Shown: piece by piece, positions 11,079-19,304 of the stretch
Layout of the letters: each line of letters opens with the position of its first letter
How positions within the stretch are numbered: position 1 is the stretch's first letter
NCBI GenBank assembly: GCA_963719315.1
Contig: CAVRBU010000002.1
Coordinates: 1,152,001 to 1,216,000, forward strand
Direction: 5' to 3'
DNA length: 64,000 bases
From: an uncultured Planctomycetota bacterium
Lineage (GTDB): Bacteria; Planctomycetota; Planctomycetia; Pirellulales; Lacipirellulaceae
Position numbers and translations under genes: made by a program
Notes under the pieces: generated by a model
Database searches by the model: none
Told to the model about the DNA's origin: nothing
The model's input: the letters and a program-made list of their open reading frames with translations, nothing else

Positions 11079-12323
11079 CTACGGGTCGCCGGGAATATCT
11101 CCCTCCTCCAATGGAAGCGTCAGCAAATCAACACCAAGCTTCGACGCGCGGCAAAGGAGCTCTTTGTTGGCTTCGTCGTTATCAAGCCGAGCAATGGATT
11201 CCAGGAATTCATCGCGCACGTTCGGCGGCAGAAATGGCCGCAAATCGAAGGGCGTCTCGTGCAACTCGAACTCGCGAACAACCCGAAGAAAATCGCCCAA
11301 GCAAGTTTCCTGGTCGTACCACTCGGCCGGCACGCTCAGCGCCGAATCGCAGTGGATCGAAGCACTCCACGCCACGGGCGAACGCTCGCCGAATTTGCGA
11401 CGGAGATCGCTGAGCAATTCATCGGCCAGGCTGTTCGGACGCAGGCGGTTTACGAGCGGACCCGTGCCGCGGATGTTCCACCGCACGAACAGATCGACGC
11501 CCGGATGCTGGGCCTGCAGCTTTTCCAACCGCTCGACCATGCGATCGTGAAGCTGCTCCTGTTTTGTCGTGGCAGTGACTTCGAGCGCTTGCTCGATCCA
11601 ACGGATCGCATCGGTGGCAACGAACTTGGTTTTCGCACGAGCCGTTTCGTCCACCGTGACGACGGTGCAACCGTGCGGGCCGGTCTCTTTCGGCCCGCGA
11701 CCCTGCGGGCTGCCGCTGTAATGCGCGATGCCGGGGTGCTCGTCCACGGTTTGCTGCAGGTGCCGGCCGCCGAGGGCCATGTAGTGAACGCGGTCGCCTT
11801 CGTGGCCGGCTGAGTCGTTCGTGCCGTAAGCGACGCCGATCGTGAACAGACCGTGCACATCGCGATGAAACCCGCGAGCATCGACCGTGCCGCCCTCGGG
11901 GCAGCTCGTGCCTTGCACGCGGGCGATCGGCTCGCCGGCGCGGGCCAAATCGAGCGATTCCACATGACCTACCGGGAACACGTGCACATTCGACGGCAGC
12001 GTGACGCTTCGCGGCCAGAAATCTGGCACATCCACAGCACCGCCGGCCCAGTAAATAGGAATCTTCCGCTCCGCCAAGCGGGCGAACTGATCGAGCAACA
12101 ACACGATCGCGGGCGGACCAGCGCGATCGACATTGAGCACGTCGCCCGCTAGGAGCACTGCGTCAACATCTTCGGCGAGCGCCGTTTCGAACACCTGCTC
12201 CGCCGCGTGGTACGGCGCGTCGAGCAGCAGGTCGCGGAGATGGTCCGGGATCTCCGACAACCCGTACACGGGCAGTTCGAGGTGTAAATCGCTGGCGTGA
12301 ACCAGACGCAGCGGCTGGGTCAT
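11079..12323 (-). CDS. YhaO/SbcD/Mre11-like metallophosphoesterase with degenerate motifs
   Basis: HASDLHL, LLAGD, YMALG, YSGSPQGR; directly upstream of the YhaN-like gene. Confidence 0.85.
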   Translation of the reverse strand: MTQPLRLVHASDLHLELPVYGLSEIPDHLRDLLLDAPYHAAEQVFETALAEDVDAVLLAGDVLNVDRAGPPAIVLLLDQFARLAERKIPIYWAGGAVDVPDFWPRSVTLPSNVHVFPVGHVESLDLARAGEPIARVQGTSCPEGGTVDARGFHRDVHGLFTIGVAYGTNDSAGHEGDRVHYMALGGRHLQQTVDEHPGIAHYSGSPQGRGPKETGPHGCTVVTVDETARAKTKFVATDAIRWIEQALEVTATTKQEQLHDRMVERLEKLQAQHPGVDLFVRWNIRGTGPLVNRLRPNSLADELLSDLRRKFGERSPVAWSASIHCDSALSVPAEWYDQETCLGDFLRVVREFELHETPFDLRPFLPPNVRDEFLESIARLDNDEANKELLCRASKLGVDLLTLPLEEGDIPGDP

Positions 12324-12419
12324 CGACGCCTCCTTGCGCGGGAAGATACAAGCGGGAAGAGCGCAAGTTTAGCCCGCCGCCCGCGATTCACCAACTTCAG
12401 CTTGCGGTGTAGGCGAGTG

Positions 12420-14528
12420 CTAGCGTCGAGCGGTCTTTCGCGTTCGGCGGCGCGAGGAGGTGGTTTTTTTCGCCTTCTTCTCCTCGGCGGCAGGCGGAAA
12501 AGCCTCGGCCTGCCCCGTCATTTCATACAGGAAGCGGCTGGGAATGGTCGGCTGCGGTTTGCCCCACTTGCGACGGGTGAGGGCAAATGACAGCGTCAAG
12601 TTTTCGCGGGCCCGAGTGACCCCCACGTAACATAGACGGCGCTCCTCTGCGATGGCAGAATCGTCCTCGGCCGCGACGGAGCGCTTGTGTGGCAAAACGC
12701 CCTCTTCCATACCGACCAAGTACACGCTCGGAAACTCAAGGCCCTTCGCGCTGTGGAGTGTCATCAACGCCACCGCGTTCCGGGCCAACTGCGAATCCTT
12801 CTCTTCCGTATCGTCGCGCTCGTTAAGCAGCATATCGTCCAAAAAGCGCGACAAATTCAAAAAGGTGTCAGGAATCTTTTTCGGCTTCTTTGGCACGGTT
12901 CCTGACACCTTTTTGTCGTAGTTCGCGGCGGCGTTCACGATTTCTTCCAGCGAGGCGAACCGCGACTCGCGCTCGGTGGCGTCGGGATATTGCTTGACGA
13001 GTGAGCCGCGGTAGTCGGTTTTGTCCAATACCTGATTAACAAGATGTGCCACCGCATCATTCTCCGGTTGATCGCGAAAGCCATCGATAAGCCGACGGAA
13101 CTGGGCAACAGCCGCAGCCGTTTTGGCGTCGACGCCGTCGATCACGAGCGCATCCGGCAATACATCCCATAGGAACTTGCCACGCGACGTGGCTTCTTCC
13201 ACCAGCCGCTTTTGGGCCGCGTTGCCGATGCCGCGGGCCGGTGTGTTGATGATCCGCATTAGCGCCGGCTCATCGTGCGGATTATCGATGACTTTCAAAT
13301 ACGAAAGGATATCTCGCACTTCCTTGCGGTCGAAGAACGACATGCCGCCAATGAGCACGTACGGCACATCGGCCCGCCGCAATTCGGTTTCGAACGAACG
13401 TGGCTGCTCGTTCGTGCGGCACAGAATGGCGATCTCGCGCGGTTGCCTCTGCTTTGAGTCGATCATCTGTCGGATATCGGCCACGACGCGTTCGGCCTCC
13501 TGCGTTTCGTCCTGGCATTGCAAAATCGCGGGTCGCATTCCGCCGGGGCGGGCCGCCCTCAGCACTTTTTCGTGCCGCTGGCGATTAAACGCGATGAGCG
13601 TGTTGGCATAGCTCAAAATCGCGGCGGTGGAACGGTAATTGTCTTCCAGCCGCACGACCTTGGCTTCGGGCCAATCCTGCTTGAACTTGAGAATGTGCGT
13701 CACTTCGGCCCCGCGCCAGCCATAGATCGATTGATCATCATCACCCACGACACACAGGTTGCGATGCCCGGAGGCAAGCGCTCGGATGATTTCGTATTGG
13801 CTACGGTTCGTGTCTTGATATTCGTCGACGAGCACCTGATCGAACCGAGCGGCCTCGGCACGCCGCACGGCGGGAAACTTGCTCAGCAACTCCTCAGTGT
13901 GGAGCAGCAGATCGTCGAAATCGACGGCCCCGATCCGCTTGAGATTGTCTTGGTAGCGACGATAGGCAGCGGCCGCCAGTTGCTCACGTTCGCCGTGGGC
14001 AACTTCGCCCGCTCGATCCGGGCGCAAGGAGGCCGATTTCCACCGGCTTATAATCGAAAGCAAATCACCGGGCGCTAACGCCGCGGAGGGTGCGCGCAGT
14101 TCGCGCAGCACCGTGCGGGCCTGGCTTTCCTGTTCATTCCGATCGCAGATGACGAACTTTTCCGGGAAGCCGAGTTGTTTGATGTGTCGCCGCAGAATAC
14201 GGACGCAGAGGGAGTGGAACGTGGAAATTTCCGGACTCGTAGCCGCTTCTCTCCGAGACGCGGATGCGAGTCTCGGAGAGACTCGCCCACGTGGGGCGCC
14301 ACCGGATTTAGCCAACAGCGCGCCGGCTCGCTCTTGCATCTCGTCTGCGGCTTTTTTCGTGAACGTGACCGCCAGAATACGCTCCGGCTTGACGCGATGC
14401 CGAATCAGTTCAGCGATTCGATATGTGACCACGCGCGTCTTGCCGGTGCCTGCCCCGGCCAGAACCAACAGCGGGCCTTTGAGTGTCCGCACGGCGTCGA
14501 GTTGGGGCGGGTTGAGGTCGGCGGGCAT
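12420..14528 (-). CDS. UvrD/Rep/PcrA SF1 DNA helicase
   Basis: LAGAGTGKT, VDEYQDTN, VVGDDDQSIY, NYRS, TLHSAKGLEF, EERRLCYVGVTRA. ATG 14528 (MPADLNPPQ). Confidence 0.95.
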   Translation of the reverse strand: MPADLNPPQLDAVRTLKGPLLVLAGAGTGKTRVVTYRIAELIRHRVKPERILAVTFTKKAADEMQERAGALLAKSGGAPRGRVSPRLASASRREAATSPEISTFHSLCVRILRRHIKQLGFPEKFVICDRNEQESQARTVLRELRAPSAALAPGDLLSIISRWKSASLRPDRAGEVAHGEREQLAAAAYRRYQDNLKRIGAVDFDDLLLHTEELLSKFPAVRRAEAARFDQVLVDEYQDTNRSQYEIIRALASGHRNLCVVGDDDQSIYGWRGAEVTHILKFKQDWPEAKVVRLEDNYRSTAAILSYANTLIAFNRQRHEKVLRAARPGGMRPAILQCQDETQEAERVVADIRQMIDSKQRQPREIAILCRTNEQPRSFETELRRADVPYVLIGGMSFFDRKEVRDILSYLKVIDNPHDEPALMRIINTPARGIGNAAQKRLVEEATSRGKFLWDVLPDALVIDGVDAKTAAAVAQFRRLIDGFRDQPENDAVAHLVNQVLDKTDYRGSLVKQYPDATERESRFASLEEIVNAAANYDKKVSGTVPKKPKKIPDTFLNLSRFLDDMLLNERDDTEEKDSQLARNAVALMTLHSAKGLEFPSVYLVGMEEGVLPHKRSVAAEDDSAIAEERRLCYVGVTRARENLTLSFALTRRKWGKPQPTIPSRFLYEMTGQAEAFPPAAEEKKAKKTTSSRRRTRKTARR

Positions 14529-14811
14529 CGGAATTCCATTTCGCAAGTAAATCAGGCGAGCCGAGCCAGACGTGGACAGACAAGGAGACAAGGAATCTGA
14601 GCTTCCAAAAGAATCTCCTTGTCTCCCGGTCTCCTAGTCTTCGCCGCCCATTGGCTCGCGCCCCCGCAGGATCAACTACACAACCTAATGTCCGCCGCGG
14701 CCGCCTGCCAGCCGCCCTTGACGATATTCTTCGCACGCTCGTAAACTTCAGGCAGAAATTAACGGCTGCGGAATATCTCAGAGGCGGAAGACGAAGTCAC
14801 CGCAAAGTCCG

Positions 14812-15783
14812 ATGAAATCTGTTGAACGTCACAAATTGGAAACGAACGTTTTCGCGCATAAGCTCGAGGTTTATATCGAGCGCTATAAGCCCTATGTGTC
14901 CAAGGTCGCGATCGGGATCGTGGCGTTCATTGCTCTGTTGTTCATCTGGTCCTACCTGTCAGGGTCCTCGGCGGCCCGAAAAAACGAAGCCTGGGATTCG
15001 TACAACCTGGCGCTCGGCTCCCGGCCCATGAATTTGGAAGCGCTACATCGCACGGCCCAGGAATACCAAGGCACTAAGATGCAGCAGTTGGCCGATGTCA
15101 CGTGGGCCGATGGACAGGTAATGATGGCTTCGAATGCCTATATCTCCAACCGCTCCGCAGCGAAGGATGCACTCAATAAAGCGGCGAGCGCCTATCAGGG
15201 CGTCATTCAATCGTCGGACGACTCCCGGTTGACTGGCCGTGCGCACCTCGGACTCGCGCGGGTGTACGAGATGCAAAGTGAATTGGAGAAGGCCCGCGAG
15301 CAATATGGGCAGGTGACTGGAGCGTACAGCAAGTATGCCAAGCAACAAGCCGACCGACTAGCAAAGCCCGAAGCCAAGGAGACCTACGACTGGCTCGCGA
15401 CCGCGCAGCCGCCACGGCCGGTTGCCCCGATGGGACCGGGAACACCGGGCCAGGGACCGGCCTTCTCGCCGAACGACATCTCGCTGCCCAACGCGGGTGA
15501 CCCGAACGCTCCCGCAACCGGAGAAACGAAAAGTGCCGCGGAAACCTTTGACGCGCTGCTGAAAGAAATGCAAAAGGATGCCCAAAAGGATCCAAATTCG
15601 AGCGAAAAGGACGGCGATCGTTACAAAACCGAGCCGCCACCAACGTCGGATGCAAACCCGGCCGCGCCTAACAAGGACGCAACCCCTGGCGAGCCAAAGA
15701 GCGGCGAAGCGCCAACGAATGGCAACGCGGAGAAGACCAACCCACCGCCCAGCGCCCCGGCCGACGACAAAACGCCCAAATAG
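14812..15783 (+). CDS. Membrane-anchored TPR-like protein (YfgM-like)
   Basis: ERHKLETN N terminus, one TM helix, helical repeat RAHLGLARVYE, Pro-rich tail. Confidence 0.7.
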   Translation: MKSVERHKLETNVFAHKLEVYIERYKPYVSKVAIGIVAFIALLFIWSYLSGSSAARKNEAWDSYNLALGSRPMNLEALHRTAQEYQGTKMQQLADVTWADGQVMMASNAYISNRSAAKDALNKAASAYQGVIQSSDDSRLTGRAHLGLARVYEMQSELEKAREQYGQVTGAYSKYAKQQADRLAKPEAKETYDWLATAQPPRPVAPMGPGTPGQGPAFSPNDISLPNAGDPNAPATGETKSAAETFDALLKEMQKDAQKDPNSSEKDGDRYKTEPPPTSDANPAAPNKDATPGEPKSGEAPTNGNAEKTNPPPSAPADDKTPK

Positions 15784-15834
15784 CCCGTAGCTGAAGTCGC
15801 AAGACTTCAGTTTTGGCGCGAACAACCGGATTTC

Positions 15835-16905
15835 TTGCGAATTCCGCTACGGCGGAATCTCGTGGCCAGTTCTGACCCTCGACCTCTGACGCCTAACTCC
15901 TCACCTTGGCCGCAACTTTTTACCGTCGCGCCTGAACAGGCGGGGCAGCGGCTGGACTTATTTCTCGCGCAGCAATTCCCGGCCGTCAGCCGGGCCACCG
16001 TCCGGCGGGCGATTGATGCGGGGCACGTCCGCGTAGACGAAGCTGACTGCAAGCCTTCGTTACGATTGAAATCCGGAAATAGCATCAAGGTGCTGAGAAT
16101 CGACGTGCCGCGCGAAGGGCCGGCGCCGCAAGATATCCCGCTCGCGATCCTGCACGAAGATGATGCGCTCGTCGTGGTGAACAAGCCGGCCGGCATGGTC
16201 GTGCATCCTGCCAAGGGGCATTGGGAAGGAACGCTGGCCAGCGCGCTGGCGCATCATTTTGGTACGCTGAGCAGTCGCGGCGGACCGACGCGGCCGGGCA
16301 TCGTCCACCGACTCGACCGCGACACCAGCGGCGTCATTGTGGTGGCCAAGAACGATCGGGCGCACGACGCGCTGGCAGCCCAATTCAAATCGCGGCAAGT
16401 GGAAAAGGAATACCTCGCGATCGTCGTCGGCGTGCCGCAGTTGGACCGCGATTTAATCGATGAGCCGATCGGCGACCATCCGACCCATCGCGATAAGAAA
16501 GCGATCCGGCGGAAAGACCCGAACGCGCGGCTTGCCGTGACGCGGTACGAGGTCGTCGAGCGATTCGCGGGGTACGCGCTCGTGCGAGCACTCCCGAAAA
16601 CGGGCCGCACGCATCAGATTCGATTGCACTTGGCCCACATTCGCCACCCCGTCCTCTGCGACCGGCTGTACGGCGGGCGAGCCAGCATCACCGAACTGGA
16701 ATTGATCCCGAACGACAAAATCGGGCACGATATGGCTATGGAAGGAGCGGCGACCGCGCTGCCGTTACTCGATCGCCAGGCCTTGCACGCCCATCGGTTG
16801 GCGTTCGCGCACCCGACGACTGGCGAGCCGATGCGATTCGTCGCGCCGCTGCCAGTCGACTTGGAGCGCACGTTGGAATCGCTACGAAAATGGCGACCCC
16901 GCTAG
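15835..16905 (+). CDS. rluD: RluA-family pseudouridine synthase (RluD-like); start uncertain
   Basis: S4 domain RLDLFL, NKPAGMVVHP, HRLDRDTSG, TGRTHQIR, RQALHA. Confidence 0.9.
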   Translation: MRIPLRRNLVASSDPRPLTPNSSPWPQLFTVAPEQAGQRLDLFLAQQFPAVSRATVRRAIDAGHVRVDEADCKPSLRLKSGNSIKVLRIDVPREGPAPQDIPLAILHEDDALVVVNKPAGMVVHPAKGHWEGTLASALAHHFGTLSSRGGPTRPGIVHRLDRDTSGVIVVAKNDRAHDALAAQFKSRQVEKEYLAIVVGVPQLDRDLIDEPIGDHPTHRDKKAIRRKDPNARLAVTRYEVVERFAGYALVRALPKTGRTHQIRLHLAHIRHPVLCDRLYGGRASITELELIPNDKIGHDMAMEGAATALPLLDRQALHAHRLAFAHPTTGEPMRFVAPLPVDLERTLESLRKWRPR

Positions 16906-16926
16906 CAGGTAACAGCATGAACATAG

Positions 16927-17014
16927 ACCACGAAGGCATGAAGGACACGAAGAAATAGATTGCTGCGGCACACAGCCACAGTCTTCTCCTTGATCTCCTT
17001 CTTGCCTTCGTGGT
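16927..17014. repeat. Intergenic inverted repeat with ~9-bp periodic arms
   Basis: ACCACGAAGGCA (16927) pairs with TGCCTTCGTGGT (ends 17014). A similar architecture is seen at about 24043..24112. Confidence 0.6.
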
Positions 17015-17041
17015 AAATCCACTTCTCTCCGGAGCCAAACC

Positions 17042-17452
17042 ATGAGCGTCATACAGGAATTCAAGAAGTTCGCATTGCGCGGCAACGTGATCGACATGGC
17101 GGTGGGCATCATCATCGGCGCGGCATTCGGCGGCGTCGTGAAGTCACTCGTGGATGATGTGATTATGCCCCCAATCGGCATGATCACCGGCAGAATCAAT
17201 TTCAGAGACCTCGCCTACACGCTGGCGAAGGCCGAAGGAAACAAACCGGCGGTGACGATCAACTATGGCGCGTTCATCAATACCGTGATTACCTTTATGA
17301 TTGTGGCCTGGGCGGTGTTCATGCTCGTCAAAGCGATGAATGTAGCGGAGACCCGCCTGCGATTGGGCCAAGAACCGCCGGCCGACGTACCGCCACCACC
17401 AGAAGATGTCTTGTTGTTGCGCGAGATTCGCGACGAGCTAAAACGCAAATGA
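17042..17452 (+). CDS. mscL: Large-conductance mechanosensitive channel
   Basis: [25 protein letters not shown]...LLREIRDEL. Confidence 0.97.
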   Translation: MSVIQEFKKFALRGNVIDMAVGIIIGAAFGGVVKSLVDDVIMPPIGMITGRINFRDLAYTLAKAEGNKPAVTINYGAFINTVITFMIVAWAVFMLVKAMNVAETRLRLGQEPPADVPPPPEDVLLLREIRDELKRK

Positions 17453-17567
17453 ACCGGAGTGAACCGCTTATGCGCAAATGGGGTGCTAATATTTTCCAGC
17501 CGCATTTTCATTTCTTCCGATTTAGCGAATCATTAGCGTTCATTCGCAATTAAATACTCTCCGCGAT

Positions 17568-18299
17568 TTACTCGAAAAGCGACCGCATCAGATCTTTCGA
17601 CACCACCGGTCGCGGGCTGATCAGCATCTCCGCGGCCACGACGCCGGCCGAGCGGCCCAGGTAGCGGTCGGCCGCGTCCACGCGATCGAACAGGTGTTCC
17701 TTCTCCGGCGGGAACTGCGTTTTGTAGCAGCGGATGGCGGCGATTTTTCGGGCCAACGTATGGCTAATGTCCACCACGATCTGCCCGCCGGGATTCGGCG
17801 AACCGGCCAGCGGCGTACCCAACATGCAATAAAGCTGCTTGGCGATCGTGTGGGGCGGCAGATGGTCGAACTGGTCGTCCCACTTGGTGAGCCGCGAGTA
17901 GAATACCGCGGCGTCGGTAATCAGCATCGCTTGCCAATGGTCGGGCGACGCCATCGGCGTTTTGTCGCCCAGGCCGATGACCAACCGCGGGCGGTGTCTG
18001 CGAAACTCGATTGCCAGTTTGACGCGGGCCTCGAACGAGTCGAACAGACGGCGGTTCGAGAGGTGCAACAGCGTGCGAACGTGGACCCCGAGCGCTTCGC
18101 CGGCCGCCCTGGACTCGGCCATCCGCACATCGGGTCCGGGCGAGAGGGGGGTCGGCTCGCCGTCCGTCAGGTCGATGATGCCGACCTTGTAGCCGGCATC
18201 CACCAAGCTGGCGAGCGTGCCGCCGCAGGAGATTTCAATATCGTCGGGGTGGGCACCGACGGCGATTACATCGAGCTGCGGAAACGTCGTATTGCTCAT
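17568..18299 (-). CDS. PIG-L/LmbE deacetylase, BshB1-like
   Basis: [23 protein letters not shown] motifs. Confidence 0.88.
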   Translation of the reverse strand: MSNTTFPQLDVIAVGAHPDDIEISCGGTLASLVDAGYKVGIIDLTDGEPTPLSPGPDVRMAESRAAGEALGVHVRTLLHLSNRRLFDSFEARVKLAIEFRRHRPRLVIGLGDKTPMASPDHWQAMLITDAAVFYSRLTKWDDQFDHLPPHTIAKQLYCMLGTPLAGSPNPGGQIVVDISHTLARKIAAIRCYKTQFPPEKEHLFDRVDAADRYLGRSAGVVAAEMLISPRPVVSKDLMRSLFE

Positions 18300-18431
18300 G
18301 GATTAATTAGCCCTACGAAAAACGTCGGCCATCGGCAAATGGCTAGCTTTATCCTGGCGTCTAGTTTGGCGGAGTTTTACGGTCGTATAAAGGCCATGCA
18401 ACTCCTAAAAGGCATCGGCCGCCCGAAAATG

Positions 18432-18549
18432 GGTGTGTCCTAAGTTGCGGCACAACAAGCTGGTAGCACGGACTTCAGTCCGCGATTCTCGTACGGACTG
18501 AAGGCCGTGCTACAAAGTACCAGTCCGAACGGTGCCGAATTAGGCCACC
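18432..18549. mobile_element. MITE-like element containing a GTAG REP doublet, copy 1
   Basis: Ends GGTGTGTCCTAA / TTAGGCCACC, flanked by direct repeat GCCCGAAAATG (18421-18431 and 18550-18560). Reverse-complement homologue of 34042..34165. Confidence 0.75.
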
Positions 18550-18799
18550 GCCCGAAAATGCCGGTAGTGTTTCGCTTACGATTTTTCGCGTATATTGATG
18601 GACCTGGACAGTGGGCCTCTCGGACGTCCACCAGAACGGCCAGATTCCGCGTGGCAACTCGCCAAATAGCGATCTTCTGCATACGATTGTGCAGAAAACC
18701 AGCGCGAATCGCTGACTGGCTGTATTGGGGGTTTGCGGCATGAGAGCCGAATTAGTGACAATGTGGGCTGGCGTGGACACGCCGCGGGAAGATGAGTTT

Positions 18800-19129
18800 A
18801 TGGGTGGCGGTATGGCAGTTTTGGAGTGGGGCATTGGAAGCGCGGAGTGCGGCGATTTTATCGTTCCGTTGGAATCGAATATTCCAGAATCCGAATTCAT
18901 TAATCCGCAGCCGGCGTTTGTGGGCCGGCCGTTGGACGACGACGTCACATGCGCGTCCGACCCGTTCGAAGACTTCGACGACGATGATTTCGACGACGAC
19001 TTCGACGACGACTTCGAAGAAGAATGGGACGAAGAGCTGCCGGGCGACGCCGATCAGTTTGAGCCCGACCCAGTCGAAATCGACGAAGACGCCGAACCCG
19101 TCGAGCCCGATTTCGAAGACGAGGAATAG
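18800..19129 (+). CDS. Small highly acidic hypothetical protein; start uncertain (18740, 18800 or 18812)
   Basis: C-terminal half DPFEDFDDDDFDDDFDDDFEEEWDEE... with host-like codons. Confidence 0.65.
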   Translation: MGGGMAVLEWGIGSAECGDFIVPLESNIPESEFINPQPAFVGRPLDDDVTCASDPFEDFDDDDFDDDFDDDFEEEWDEELPGDADQFEPDPVEIDEDAEPVEPDFEDEE

Positions 19130-19304
19130 GCGACCTTTCCTCGGCTACATCGCGGCAATCTGAACCCGTGCCGGGCGGCGACGGTCTTTGCAATTGCACG
19201 AACCGCAGTCGCGTGTTCTACTCGCATTTTTCCGGCGTAAAACGTTTCCGCTCCGCATAAAGCCGCGACCGCTGGTCGCGGTTCTTGCGCGCCACCATTC
19301 GATC

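Noticed and set aside
8060..11813. Long plus-strand ORFs (8060..9139, 10106..10990, 10953..11813)
   Set aside because: Antisense shadows of GC-rich genes with no recognisable motifs; the same applies to most other overlapping ORFs in the track.
7499..14528. Named anti-phage system (Wadjet, Lamassu, Gabija)
   Set aside because: Architecture matches YhaO/YhaN plus a housekeeping UvrD in a core region, with no effector or kleisin genes.
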